Assembly (NCBI RefSeq): GCF_018977255.1
Contig: NW_024704742.1
Location: forward strand, 45,820,001 to 45,884,000
DNA from: Callorhinchus milii
Lineage: Eukaryota
Reading direction: 5' to 3'
Length of the DNA: 64,000 nucleotides
The notes beneath the pieces were generated by a model. That model had not been told where the DNA came from. It did not search any database and worked only from the letters and a program-made list of their open reading frames with translations. The position numbers and the translations under genes were made by a program. Shown piece after piece: positions 12,545 to 25,427 of this stretch (position 1 is its first letter; the number at the start of each line of letters is the position of its first letter).

Positions 12545-14305
12545 TCTTCGTATCAAATGCCAAGTGCGAGGAGATCATGGACTTCTTTTCATCTAAAATA
12601 CTTAACATCTGCCAGGCAGCCTCATCCATCTGCCCATTGTTACCTACCACTATGCCCTCTCTGTCCCCTCACCTTCGTCATCATCTGCTCCTACCACCAC
12701 ATCCATTCTACATTTCTTCCTCCCCATCTCTCCCTCCTCCCTCTCACTCTTTCACCCACCCACCATCACCTCCATGAAACACACCACCTGCTGCCTCAAC
12801 CCGCTCCTCACCAACTTACTGGTCACCCAGCTCCCCCTCCTCTGCCCACTACTGGCTGATGTCATCAACCAGTCCCTCTCCTCTGGATCAATCCCTGCCC
12901 CCCTCAAAACTGCTGTCATCACCCCCCTCCCCAAGAAACCTTCCCTAGATCCCTCAAACCCCGGCCACTAATGCCTTATTTCAAACCTGCACTTCCTCGC
13001 AAAAGTTCTAGAACGCGTTGTTGATAATCAACTTCACGCCCACCTCTCCTCCCACTCGCTCTTCAAACCCCTCCAGTCCGGTTTCCGCCCTGCCCACAGT
13101 ACAGAGACTGCGCTTGTGAAAGTCACAAACAATATCCTCTCTATCTGTACCTCCTTGTCCTCCTGGACCTCGCTGCGTCGTTTAACACAGTCGATCACGC
13201 CATCCTCCTCTACCGCCTTTGCTCCATCATCCACCTTAGTGGGACCGCACTCGCCTGGTTCGAATCCTACCTCACAAATCGCCAGCAGTACATCTGCACA
13301 AATGGCTTCTCCTCCCTCTCTCACCCGGTTAACTGCGGGTTACCCCAAGGATCCATCCTTGACGCCCTCCTCTTTCTGATCTATATGCTCCCACTTCGGG
13401 ATATCATCCGCATACATGGGGTATATTTCCACATGTACGCGGACGACACCCAACTCTATTTTTCCACCTCCCTTTGCGACCCCCAGTCCCCTGATGTTCT
13501 GTCAGGCTGCCTGTCAGATCTCAGGGGCTGGATGAGTGCAAATTTCCTTCAACTGAACGTTGACAAGATGGAAGCCATACTCTTTGGCTCTCGTCAATGT
13601 CTAAAATCTCACGGCTCTCACCTCCTCCACCTACCCGACCTCCCCCTAAAACTCTCCAAACCCGTATGCAACCTCGACGTCAGGTTCGACCCCCAATTAT
13701 CCTTCCTCCCTCACATCCGGTCCATCACCAGCACCGCTTTCTTCCACCTCCGATGCATTGCCCGTCTTTGCCAATACCTCTCTCAGAAAGCCACTGAAAC
13801 CCTGGTCCATGCCTTTGTCACCTCTCAGCTAGACTACTCTAATGCCCTCCTCGCCGGTCTCCTATCCACTACCATCCATAAAATTCAAATCATTCATAAC
13901 TCTGCCACCCGCATTCTCACCCACACCAAACTCTGCTCCCCGATCACCCCATTCCTTGCCAGACTGTACTGGCTCCCTATCCGAGAGAGGATTGATTTCA
14001 AGATCCTCACCCTTGTATTCAAGTCCCTGCACTCCTCTGCACCCCTTATCTCATGGACCTCCTCTCTCCTCAAAACAGTACCCGTTTCCTTTGTTCCTCC
14101 GGGTCTGGCCTCCTCCTTGTTCCCCGAGTCCTCCGCTCCACCCTCGGCAGCCGTGCCTTCAGCCACTATGCTCCGAGGCTCTGGAACTACCTTCCACACT
14201 CCCTTTGTCTCGCTCCCTCCCTTCCCATTTTTAGGTCTCTGCTGAAGATCTTTCTTTTTGACCGCACCTTTGGTCACCTTCATCCCCCCTCCCCCTGGCT
14301 TGGTC
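12545..14305 (+). mobile_element. L2 LINE, 5'-truncated, RT domain and C-terminus, with stops and frameshifts
   Basis: ORFs 12774, 13116 and 13385 give KTAVITPLPKKPSLDP, FHMYADDTQLY, FLQLNVDK, VTSQLDYSNALLAG and WLPIRERIDFKIL; QSGFR..HSTETAL read by hand. Confidence 0.95.
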
Positions 14306-14997
14306 CTGGAATAAGCAAAACAAACCACATTGTCTCCTTGATTCTAGCTCCTTGAAATATCAGTGGTGGCCAAATTTTAAAATTTTCTTGATTAGTGAGG
14401 AAAACACTGAAAACTAACGATCAAACAGTATTAAATAGACTTGTTCGAATGTTTTGGTGGGGGCTGATAGGCCACCACTGTGCTATATAAATGTAACTTT
14501 GTAATGTATTCCTGCCCAGGAACTCTGACCACCAAAGATTTAGTTTCCTCTGTTTTCTCTTTTTCCTTCAATATGGATAGTCTTTTAAAACCCAAGCTCA
14601 GCATCACCACACATGTATTTACTTAAGTAGTTTTCTCTGCTATTCTTTCAATCTGAACAACATGTGGTTTAATGGGATTGGCCCTTCACTAGGGTCTTCA
14701 ATTAGAAAACAAGATTTTCTTTTGCTGTAGAAGTTTCAAGAGAACGATTAGAAGCTCCAGTCATTTCAAGATAACCATTAGAAACTCCACTGTTGAAGTC
14801 CCTTTATGATTCATAGATTTATAGAATGTAATGCACAGAAGGAGGCCATTCGGCCCATCGAGTCTGTGCCGGCTCTTTGACAGAGCAAATCACTTTCACT
14901 ATCCCCAATCACCAGTTTTCTCCCCATAAACCTGCAAACCCATCTTCCCCAGATACCTATCCAGTTTCTCTCTTAAAAGCTGTTATCGAATCAGACT

Positions 14998-15935
14998 TCA
15001 CTGCCCTTTCGGGCAGATCATTCCAAATTCGAACAATTCGCTGAGTAGTCTTCTAACCTCCCCTCTGCTTCTTTTGGTAGATATCTTAAGACTGTGACCA
15101 CGAGTCACAGACACACCTACCAGCGGAAACAGCTTTTCCTTATCTAGCCTGTCGAAACCTTTCATGGTCTTGAAGACCTCTATCAGATCCCCGCGTAACC
15201 TTCTCTGCTCTAATGGGAAAAGTCCTAACTTCTCCAGCCTGTCCTCATAGCTAAGGTTCCCCATTCCTGGTATCATTCTCGAGAATCTCCTCTGCATCCT
15301 TTCCAGTACCTTAATGTCCTTCCTGAAGTAAGGTGCCCAGAACTGGACGCAATACTCCAGCTGAGGCCTAACCAGTGTTTTGTATAGATTAACCATAACC
15401 TTCCTACTCTTATACTCTATGCCCCTACTAATAAAGCTCAGTACACCAAATGCCTTTTTTACTGCCTTATCTACCTTTCCCGCTACATTTAATGATTTGC
15501 TTACTTGAACACCCAGATCTCTCTGTACGTTCACCCCCCTTAAGATTGAGCTACCAAGTCTATATTGCCTCCTATAATTTTTCCTACCTAAGTGTATCAC
15601 CTCACACTTATCCACATTGAAATCCATCGTGGAGTCCTGTAGCTCAGTGGTTAGAGCACTCGCTTTGCAAGTGAGAGACCTGAGTTCAATTCCAGGCAGG
15701 TCAGGGCGAAACCTTGGGCAAGTTTCCTTACTCCACACGCCTAATAATAATCCCTCCAAACAAAAANCAATAATAAATTGGTCATTTTCAATCTACGACT
15801 GTTTGTGGGACATTGCTGTGCGCAATTGGCTGCCGCGTTCGCTCACAAATATACAGTCAATTCACTTTATAGTGTGTCCTGTGAAGCGCTTTGGGACGTC
15901 CTCCCGACGTGAAAAGCGCTATATCAAATGCAAGG

Positions 15936-15970
<35 letters not shown>

Positions 15971-18007
15971 CTGCCACATGTCAGCGCATTCCACCATTTT
16001 GTGTATGTCTGCTTGCAGTTGGTTACAGTCCTCCTCACTATTTACTACCCTACCTAACTTTGTATCATCTGCAAACTTGGAAATAGTGCTCCCTATGCCC
16101 AAGTCCAGATCATTAATATATATTAGAAAGGGCAGTGGTCCCAATATCGATCCCTGGGGGACACCGCTGCACACCTCCTTCCATTTCGAGAAACACCCAT
16201 TAACCACCACCCTCTGCTTTCTGTCACTCAGCCAGTTTTTAATCCAAACTAACTGTCACTGTCCCCTAATACCGTGGGCCTCTAATTTTTGTACTAATCT
16301 CTTATGCGGTACTGTGTCAAAAGCCTTTTTGAAATCCATGTAAATAACGTCCACCCCATTTCCCTCATCAACCCTCGCAGTCACCTCTTCAAAAAATTCT
16401 ATTAGATTTGTTAGGCAAGATTTGCCTTTAACAAATCCATGTTGGCTGTCTCTAATTACCTTGTGTTCCTTTAAATAGAGATTTATTCTGTCCCGGATTA
16501 TGGTCTCCAGTAATTTTCCTATTACCGAAGTTAGGCTGACTGGCCTGTAATTTCCGTGTTTGTCTTTCTGCCACTTTTTGTGGAGAGGGGTAACATTAGC
16601 CACTCTCCAGTCTCTTGGCACTACTCCTGTGTCCATTGAAGATTGAAATATAATGGCCAAAGCCTCCGCTATTTGAACCCATATCTCCCACAGCAACCTT
16701 GGGTGAAACCCATTTGGTCCTGGTGATTTATCAATTTTGAGCCCAGTCAATCTTTTCAGAACTTCCTCTCTGTCTATAGTAATCTGATCTGTCTCCTCTA
16801 CCCTTTCATCCAATACTGCAGCATTCGGGGCATCCATTTCCGTTGTGAAGACAGATGCAATGTACTCATTCAGTACATCAGCCTCCACAACAAGATTGCC
16901 GTCATTGTCTTTGATTGGCCCCACCCTACCTTTAACTAACCTTTTTTACTTTATGTGCTTGTAAAATATTTTAGGATTCCCCTTTATGTTACCCGCTAAC
17001 CTCTTCTCATGCGATCTTTTAGCCTGTCTTATCACTCTTTTAAGATCACTCCTGCATTCTCTATAATGCGCTTTGCTATCCTCAGTATCTTGCGTCTTCC
17101 AATTGTCGTACGCCGTCTTCTTCTTTTTCATCCTAGATAGAATATCCCTGGTCATCCAGGCTGGCTTGGTTGTCGCACATTTCCCTTTTGTGGCAATATT
17201 TAGACCTTGAGCTATCATATCTTTGAAGATCTCCCATTGCTCATGAGTCATTTTACCTGCAAGTCTTACTTGCCAGTCCACCAACTCTAGGTCCCTTTAT
17301 AGCCCATCAAAATTAGCCCTTTTCCAGTCAAGCATTTTCACCCTTGACTGTACTTTGTTCCTGTTCATGAGTAATCTAAATCAAATAATATTATGGTCAC
17401 TGTTACCTAGATGCTCCCCTACCGAAACCTGTTCAACCTGACCTATTTCATTCCCCAGGACTAGATCCAGCAATGCTTCCTTCCTCGTAGGACTGGAGAC
17501 ATACTGCTCAAGAAAATTTTCCTGTACACAGTCTATGAATCTTTCTCCTGCCTTGCCCTTAGCGCTGCTATTTTGCCAGTCTATATTGGGATAATTGAAA
17601 TCCCCCATTATCACAACTCTGTTCGCCTTACATCTATCTGCGATCTGGTTGCAGATCTGCTCCTCTATCTCCTTCCCGCTGTCTGGTGGTCTATAGTAAA
17701 CCCCTATCAGTGTAACCACTCCTTTCTTATTTCTTATCTCTAACCAGATGGATTCTGTTGTCGGGCCCTCCAGAGCCTCGTTCCTTTCTACAGCTATAAT
17801 TGTATCCTTAACTAATATTGCCACCCCTCCTCCTTTTCTTCCTTCTCTATCCTTCCTGAACACATTATATCCTGGAATATTTAACTCCCATTCTTGTCCT
17901 GGCTTGAGCCATGTCTCGGTTAGTGCCACCACGTCATAACCCCCTACGGCCAGTTGAACCTGCAGCTCATCAACCTTATTCCCTAAGCTACGTGCATTTA
18001 GGTACAT
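14998..18007 (-). pseudogene. CR1 ORF2 (APE endonuclease + reverse transcriptase), disrupted
   Basis: YLNARSL, LTETW, YYRPP, GDFNYP, GNSDH; NYRPVSLTS, QHGF, DFKKAFD; SGVPQGSILGP, FADDTKL; RPQLEYCVQFWAP. Split across ORFs 17381, 16946, 16256, 15857 and 14998. Confidence 0.95.
15629..15970 (+). mobile_element. Young full-length tRNA(Ala)-headed SINE, short class, inserted in CR1 RT
   Basis: A box TAGCTCAGTGG (15640), B box GAGTTCAATTCC (15682), anticodon arm CTCGC-TTTGCAA-GTGAG, L2-like stem-loop, (ATT)n tail. The CR1 frame ADMWQ|MDFNVDKC is interrupted here. Confidence 0.95.
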
Positions 18008-18065
18008 GCATTTGAGGAAATTGTCCGCTTGTACCTGCTCTACACTTCCCTCTTGTCTTTTTCCT

Positions 18066-19075
18066 CTAATCTCTAATCCATTGTTTATCCTTGGATACCC
18101 ATCCCCCTCGACACTGGTTTAAATCCGCCCCTACAGCATTTGATAATCTCTTGGCAAGGAAGCTCACCCCTGCCTTGCTTAAGTGCCGCCCATCCTCAAG
18201 GTAAAGATCCCATCTCCCCCAGAAGTGGTCCCAATTGTCGAGAAAACGGAAACCTTCTTTTCTGGACCATTTCTCCAGCCAATCTTTCATACGCTTGATC
18301 CTTTCATTATGGTGCCTTGTTGCCCGAGGTACCGGGAGTATACCAGAGATCACCACCTTGGATGTTCTGGACTTGAGTTTGCTCCCCAGCTTTTGATACT
18401 CACCCTGGAGCATCTCAGCCCTTTTCTTACCAATATCGTGGGTCCCCACATGGACCACGACTTCTGGACATTCTCCTTCCCCCTTATCCATGCGCTCTGT
18501 GAAGTCCACTACCCTTGCACCAGGAAGGCAGCAAACCATCCTAGCCTCACGATTCTGATTACAGAAGCTCCTGTCAGTGCCTCTTACTGTTGAATCCCCT
18601 ATCACAACTGTATTGCTCTTGTGAACCATGGCCTTGTCCTGTTGGACAGAATGTCCACTGCTGTCCTCACGAGAGGCTTCCATGCTCTCGATAGCTAATG
18701 TTGAGTACCGATCAGAGACTGGTACTCTGTTGGGGGTGCTCTGCCTTGAACAAACCCTCTTCTTGCCCCGTCGCACTGTCACCCAATCACTTTTAGCATG
18801 AATGAAGGATGGCTGTGTGTTGGGCTCCTCTGGGAGTGGTCCTTTTCTTGAACTCTGACCTCCCGATAGCTCCAGTACCCCTCTCTCATGGCTCCTATAC
18901 AGCGATGGGCTGCTATAACTGAGTCCTAGGGGAGTGAGGGTCTCCTCCACCATACTGTCCAGCAACCTCTCACTGTCCCTGATGGAGCGCAGTGTCTACA
19001 TCTGAGACTTCAGCTCAGCTATTCTAAGTTGGAGCTTGCTCAGTTGCAGACATTTGCTGCAGATGAAGTCACCTG
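18066..19075 (-). pseudogene. CR1 ORF1: Zn-finger/coiled-coil plus SGNH esterase domain
   Basis: VVIGDSTVRG, CCLPGARV, VVVHVGTHDIG, VVISGILPVP and DGRHLSKAG are SGNH blocks; upstream hand translation FICSKCLQLSKLQLRIAELK. Confidence 0.9.
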
Positions 19076-19213
19076 GGCTCAATGATGATTTCATTGTATT
19101 GCTAACCTTGCCTTGATACTTGTTAGCATTATCAACAAATAAATAATATACTAATTAATACTTTATTTACCATAAACTTCATGTGACATTTCATTCAATA
19201 ATGAGTCAAATGT

Positions 19214-19440
19214 TCATTTGCTAACACAAGTGAGGCTTCCATGACACGGTGTGTTACCTTTTAGCTTTGCTTTGAAGCATTTACAACGGTTGGTCTGACA
19301 TTTCCTCTGACCGCAGTTACACTTCATAAAGCCTTGTCCACACAAACAGACTGTGCAATGACAGCTTCATGAAGTGACATTGACTTCTCCTGGTTGACGC
19401 AGATCTCTGTTAACAATCGTTGGGGACAGAAGTCAAATTT
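19214..19440 (-). mobile_element. C-terminal Cys-rich fragment of a Ginger/Gmr1-like integrase (KRBA2/SCAND3-type) transposase
   Basis: Hand translation with one frameshift: KFDFCPQRLLTEICVNQEKSMSLHEAVIAQSV/GQGFMKCNCGQRKCQTNRCKCFKAKLKGNTPCHGSLTCVSK*. This matches the SLR..QS..GGQGF.KCNC...C.TNRC.C.K....CNS.CH....C.NK tail as I recall it for this family. Confidence 0.8.
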
Positions 19441-19603
19441 CACGAAATCCCTGGTTTCACAATTTTACTGAAAATTTTAGGGATTTTGCGAAATACCTGG
19501 TTTCATAGCTTTACAGTACCAAGTGCCAAGCAAACTACGTAAGTGACAGAGTTAATTTTGGCAATAAAAAGATGACAGTTTGCATTAATTATCGTTATTT
19601 CAT

Positions 19604-19915
19604 TTGCAAATGAGAGACCCGGGTTTTATTCCCGGCAGGGCGAAATGTTTTGCAAGTTTCCTTGCTCCACACACCGCTGTTTACCTAGCAGTAAGTAAGA
19701 ACCCAGTTGTTAGTCGATTGGCAGATCACTTTGCTGGGGTAATAATTCCTTCAAAAAGAAAAAAAAGAATTGGTCACTTCAATCCACGACTGTTTGTGGA
19801 CACTGCTGTGTACAATTGGCTGCCGCGTTTCGTCTACGAAATATACAGTCAATTCACTTTGCAGTATATTTTGTGATGCGTTTTGAGATGACTCGAAGAC
19901 GTGATTATTTACTTT
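19604..19915 (+). mobile_element. tRNA-headed SINE, intermediate class (with TTTACCTAGCAGTAAGTA..GATTGGCAG block), 5'-clipped
   Basis: Shares head remnant and body with the 15629 SINE plus an extra ~60-bp block also seen at 41729, 52406 and 57340. Confidence 0.85.
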
Positions 19916-20109
19916 ATCCCAAATAAAGGTAAGTCCATAAAAACAAAAAGAGAGCAAATGCTGTATTGCAGGCAAGTGTTTTCACAAAGGTATATTTGTC
20001 TATGAAGTACATAGAGACATTTTGATGTAATAAGGCATTATAAAAATGTAGTTTTGTACCACTACTGTTATTGTTGTTTATTCTCCAATTGTCTTAACTC
20101 AAAATAGTG

Positions 20110-20730
20110 CATAGAAATGTATGACTCAATAGGAGGCCATTCGGCCTATTATTTGCGTCAGTGCTTGCTTCTCCAAGAAGCCACCTGTCCTAACTCCACT
20201 ACCCTGATTTTTCCCCATACTCTCTAATACCCTTCCTCTGTAAGTTGCATGTCAATTCTATTTTAAATATCGTCAATCAATTTTGCTCTAATAGCCATCC
20301 CTGGCAAACTATTCCATACCCTAATAATCCTCTGTGAGAAGAAATTATTTTAGACCTCTCCTTTTACTCCTGACATCCTCCTGACACAAGAGGTGCTATA
20401 TAAATGCATCAATATAATTTTTGTTGTTACTCTCCTAGTCACGATCTTGAAATTGCGCCTTCTTCTCTACATATCCCCTACCAGAAGACAACATTTTTTT
20501 TCATGATTAATTGATTTTTTCATGATTCTCAAACCCTTTCAGAATTGTAAACAGCTCTATCATATAACCTTCTCTGTTCCGATGGGAAAAGTCTCAGCCT
20601 CCCTTGTTTCTCCTCATAGCTATATGAATTAATCTCCGGTATCATCATAATGAATCCTCGCTGCACTTTCCCATATCTCTAATATCCTTCTATAATGTGG
20701 CATGTAAAACTGCACAACTGTGGCCTAACT
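20110..20730 (-). mobile_element. Older CR1 3' fragment
   Basis: Homologous to 14820-15380 (GGAGGCCATTCGGCC, GGGAAAAGTC..AGCCT, CCTCATAGCTA). Confidence 0.8.
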
Positions 20731-20736
20731 ACTATC

Positions 20737-21060
20737 GTGGAGTCCTGTAGCTCAGTGGTTAGAGCACTCGCTTTGCAAGTGAGAGACCTGAGTTCAATTC
20801 CAGGCAGAGCGAAACCTTGGGCAAGTTTCCTTACTCCACACGCCTAATAATAATCCCTCCAAAACTAAAAACAATAATAAATTGGTCATTTTCAATCTAC
20901 GACTGTTTGTGGGACATTGCTGTGCGCAATTGGCTGCCATGTTCGCCCACAAATATACAGTCAATTCACTTTACAGTGTGTTCTGTGAAGCGCTTTGGGA
21001 CGTCCTCTCGACGTGAAAAGCGCTATATCAAATGCAAGGATTATTATTATTATTATTATC
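20737..21060 (+). mobile_element. Young full-length tRNA(Ala)-headed SINE, short class
   Basis: Nearly identical to 15629-15970. Confidence 0.95.
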
Positions 21061-21634
21061 ATTATTGGGTACAAAACTTAGCAAAAGATACCAAGTAGTT
21101 TTGCAGGGAGCAGAACATTTTGTCAAAGCGCTTTGTTCCCAATGATTATCTCTGTCTCGCTCAATTCAAAACCACCAAAATAACTTGTTAGCTTATGTAG
21201 CAGAGGATGATATCCTTATTCAATTTGTTTAGAAGGCTTTGAACTATTCCAAGCCTAAAATCAAGAGATAGACTTAATCTGCCAACCAAACAACATAATG
21301 GTACAATTTTCTATCAATGGCCAATTCTAGACTTTGCAGAATACTGAAGTTGATTATGGTCACAATTAGGGCTGTGAATCTTATAAATTTCCTCTTTTAT
21401 CCAGCATGTTTCATGAATTGTAGATCACTTGTGATTACCAAGTCAAATAATAATTGTACATAACTGAATAGATTTTGGTATTCTGATAGAATGAATCTAA
21501 GAGTAATCAGAGTGCAACAATTGAGGTCAATGATCTTGAATTCAATCTGCTGGGAGCAAGCAATGATGAAGATGATGGGCTTGCAGAGTTAGTGTGCCAG
21601 AGGACACGGGACATAGAGTTGTGCATGGTATCAT

Positions 21635-21800
21635 GCATAGGAACAGGAGTAGGTCATTCAGCCCCTTGAGCCTGTTCTGGCATTCTATAGGATCATGGCT
21701 GTTCTGTATCTCAACTCCAATTACCCGCCCTTGCCCCATATCCCTTGATACCATTACCTAACGAATATCTAGCCGCCTCGGTTTTGAAAATGTGAATGTA
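21635..21800 (-). mobile_element. CR1-type (HER1/HE1-like) 3' tail fragment
   Basis: TAGGAACAGGAGTAGGTCATTCAGCCCCTTGAGCCTGTTC...GATCATGGCTG resembles the chondrichthyan CR1/HE1 3' end. Confidence 0.65.
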
Positions 21801-22809
21801 TCTTGAAAATTTGAATGGAAAGTCAGAGGAATATGGCAACATTCAATCCCCTTTCAGTACTTGTTCCTTTGCTTCATTGCGTACTCATTGGACTTCCACA
21901 TGGATATGAAGAGTATTAATAACCTGATAGACAAGCTGTAAACAACTTTTTTCCACTGCAACAAAGCTTACAGCTAAATTGCTGGGGAAAGCAAAATCGT
22001 GGTTTTCCAAATCAAATTCTTTATGTCCACTGTCTTGCCAAATTGAAAAGAAGCTCTAAGACTGATGATCTTAACATTTACGTTTCCTCTTCAATTCTGT
22101 AGTACATCACCAATTTGCGCAAAAGCCAATTGATTTCAGGATTCAAATGAGGAGAGCGAGATTTGCAATGGAGTAACCGATGTGTTAACAGTTCAATAGA
22201 TGATAGAAGCTATCACTTGTCTGTCTCAAATACTGTATGTTCTTCAAGATTAAAAAAAAATATTTTGGTCACTCATCCACGACTGTTTGGGGGACGCTGC
22301 TGTGCGCAAATGGCTGCTGCATTTTGCCCACAAGATATACAGTCAGTACCCTTTACAGTATATGAAGAGCTTTGAGATGTCTCAAATGCAAGGATCATTA
22401 TTTTTATATCACATGTGAAAAAAATGATTCCAAGTAGATGTTACATGTCATTAATTACTTTTATAACTGGAATGAAACAAAAATGGCTGCAATTGTCCTT
22501 AGGCAGTTGAGGGAAGGTGAATGAAGCGGTCAAAAACATGCAATTAGTGAGTACTCTCTGGTCTCCTTCTCACCCTGCAGGTTTCAAAACAGCTGTCATG
22601 AATTAACTACAAAAGGCTGTCAATTTTCCTGCAATAAATATGCTTGACTGTTTCCACTCTGAAGTGAAACTATTATCACTGCAGAGAAAATGGTTTCTGA
22701 TTTTACTCAAAGAGGATCAAAGGTCCTAACTGTGCAACATTGCCTTTTTTTTCTCCCCTCATATAAAACTAGAGTATTGTCATTTCATTGTGCTGGGATT
22801 GACTGTTGG

Positions 22810-23110
22810 TAACTGGTAATACCTCTTAAAAGGTAGTGGGTTCAAGCTTTTCTATGAGGCTTGAATTCATATTTGAGACTGACACTGCAGAGGAGTACTG
22901 AGGAGTTCTGCATTGCTGTCTATTAGATATAATGTTAAATGGAGATCCTGTCTATCGGTCCAGATCCAATGATAGAATCTTAAAAGAGGAGGGAGCGTTT
23001 TGTGATGTCCTGACCAACAATCCATAGGATTAATCGGCCATTCACCTCATGGCTGTTTGTAGTACTTTGCTGTCACAAATGGCAGTTCTGTTTGCCTACA
23101 AATACACAGT
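22810..23110 (+). mobile_element. Old Deu-domain SINE, decayed
   Basis: Head remnant GTGGGTTCAAG, CTGACACTGCAG, AATGTTAAA, GCTGTTTGT..TTGCTGT, GTTTGCCTAC. Confidence 0.7.
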
Positions 23111-23636
23111 CACTAAATTTGACAGCAATATCAAAGTAATAAGCCATAAATAATGATAAAATAATACCAGTCATTGCATGTGATATAAGCATTTGATATT
23201 TGAATGGAGCCTTATCATGTCATCAAGACATCTCAAAGAACTTCACAAGATTTTACTGAGAAGTGTAGTGGCTGTGTATTTGTAGGCAAATAAGTAATTT
23301 TGAAAGAGCAAGGCATTGATAGTTGATGTTCAGAATCACCATAGACCAGCTTGTGTCAAATAACAATATTCTCAATGTGAAATAGCTGTTGTTTTTATTC
23401 TGGTTATTGCGAACATCAGTGGAAGCCTCACCAGTCAGAATGAAACTGCAAATATGAATCGCTTTAATCTTGTTCTTACTTCCACAACATTGTGCAGAAA
23501 TGATTTGTGGTGAAGAACAACCTACTTACCAGAGTTCAGTGTGTCCTAACACTATTCTATGTCAGTGTCTATTTTGCAGTGATTCATAACTGGAATCACC
23601 ACTAGTGATTCTGTCTCGCAACTGCTAACTCCTGCC

Positions 23637-24985
23637 AACAACAACAACTTGCATTTATATAGCACCCTTCACTCATCCTCACCTACAAGGCCATTCACAG
23701 CCTTGCACCCTCCTACCTCTCCGATCTACTATCCCTCTACTTACCTGCCCGTACCCTCCGTTCCTCTGGCTCCGGTCTGCTCCACATCGCCCGCCCTAAC
23801 CGCCCTACCATTGGTGGCCGGGCCTTCAGCCTCTCAGCCCCGAGGCTCTGGAACTCTATCCCCCAGTACCCTCACCTTGCTTCCTCCCTTTTCTCCTTCA
23901 AGGCCAGTCTCAAGACCTTTCTCTTCAACCGTGCCTTCAGCTCCCATCTTGACTCTCTAGCCCCTCTTCACTCCCTCCCTTCCCTCCCCTCACCCTGACC
24001 ATTTCCCCCCTGCTCAGGTCCCAACCCAACTGTCCAGCGCCTTGGGATGTCCTCCCAACATGAAAGGCGCTCTATAAATGCAATCTTGTTGTTGTTGTTC
24101 ACGTGGTGTCACATCCCAGAGCACTTTACAGTGGCGGATTCTGACCCCAACCCAGATGGAGAGGGATGGGAGAGGTCACCATAAGCACCATCAAAATGGA
24201 AGGTCTTTAGGCGGGGTTCGAATAGTCCAACCACAAAATGATGAAGGCATGTACGAGGGTTTTGGCTGCTATGGTTGTGAGGTATGGATAGAGGCAGGCT
24301 TTATGACAGAGATGGGAAAAAGCAATCCTGGTCAGGCAATGGACGTGAGGTAGAAAGGAAAGCTGGGGATCGAACTTGATGCCGAAGTTGCACACTGGTT
24401 CGGTGAGTCTGAAGGAATACCCGGGGAGGTTGAGGAGTTCAGACCCGTAGGAGAGAAAACGTTGATGGGAGCCAAAGAGTATGGCCAACATTCAGCTGCA
24501 GGAAATTTCCACTTGTCCAGGCCTTGATCTTATTCAAATAGCTGAGAAGACATCAGTGGACTGTGAGTCGCAGCTGGAGGAGGACAAGTCGAGTTGCGTG
24601 TCATCCTCATACATGTGGAAGTTGTCTCCATGTCTGCAGATGACATCACTAAGAGGGAGCATGTAGATAAGGAAAAGGAGGAGGCCAAGAATGGAGCGAG
24701 AGGAAATTTGTGAAGATGAAGTAGATTTTTTAAGGAAAGGAGTGATGACAGAGGTTTTGAGGGCGAGTGGGACATAGTGTGAAGAGAGGGACTGGTTGAC
24801 TGTGTCAGCCAGAAGTGGGCAGAGATGGGGCAGTTGGGTAACCATGGTAGGAGGAGAGGGTGGTGAAGGAAGAATGGTAGGCGACACGAGGGTGGAGGAG
24901 GAGGAGGCAGCCAGGTGGATGTTATCTATTTTAGAGATAAATAAGTCCAGGTCCTCTTCGCACTTAGCATCTGATGGCATCCTAC
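23637..24985 (-). mobile_element. Older, internally deleted L2, split by an antisense L2 at 23672-24098
   Basis: ORFs 24207 and 24534 give FHMYEDDTQL, KFDPQLSFLPHV and DAKCEEDLDLFISKI; tail CAACAAC..TTGCATTTATATAGC at the left end. Confidence 0.85.
23672..24098 (+). mobile_element. 5'-truncated young L2 nested in the 3' stem-loop of an older L2
   Basis: Same subfamily as 3642 and 9364; TTCAC on both flanks (candidate TSD). Confidence 0.9.
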
Positions 24986-25350
24986 CTGGAAGTATGTCAT
25001 GACCACTTGCAGGAACTCCTGTTGTAACTTGCTCTGGAGCAGTGCTCCCATGATCAAAGAGACATGGTGCTTCCCATTACCAGTAAGAGTCACTGTTCCT
25101 CCCCTGTTACGGATCACTAACTATTGGACCTCATTCCTGTCATCTGTAGGTTTGCTCGTTTCGGATTTTAATTGATATTATGCTGTTTCTCCAATTTTTT
25201 CCAATTCAAGGAAATTCAAATCTGAAATCATTAAATATTGTTTTATTAAAACGTCATTTCTATGTTATTTTGAATGCCAAAACTGGCCATCTTATAAGCT
25301 GTAAGATGTCATGTCCTGCATGCTGCGTATGTGTACTCTGAGTAAGCGGC

Positions 25351-25427
25351 CCTGATAATGTCACCTCCTACTCATTGCGTTAGAGAACTCATCTCTAATG
25401 TGATGTGTAGGAGGTGACATTATCAGG
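25351..25427. repeat. 77-nt inverted repeat (hairpin), 36-bp arms and 5-nt loop
   Basis: CCTGATAATGTCACCTCCTAC and GTAGGAGGTGACATTATCAGG are perfect 21-bp reverse complements. The inner 15 bp pair with one mismatch and three G-T pairs; loop ACTCA. Confidence 0.95.

Larger units (their letters stand above)
14805..19080 (-). mobile_element. Near full-length CR1 LINE (ORF1 + ORF2 + 3' UTR/tail), slightly 5'-truncated, interrupted by a SINE
   Basis: Ordered ORF1, APE, RT and C-terminal motifs; 3' UTR with GGCCGAATGGCCTCC hairpin and an ATTCTAT/ATCTATGA-type tail. Confidence 0.96.

Noticed and set aside
14734..14790. Two-copy 30-bp tandem repeat (similar short duplication near 50549-50616)
   Set aside because: Ordinary local duplications with no spacer structure; not CRISPR-like, and the context is eukaryotic.
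15629..15700. tRNA-Ala(TGC) gene
   Set aside because: The acceptor stem is incomplete and the sequence is fused to a multi-copy body and (ATT)n tail; it is a SINE head.
15617..16343. ORFs with poly-Tyr or poly-Ile runs
   Set aside because: These are translations of the SINE (ATT)n tail and antisense CR1.
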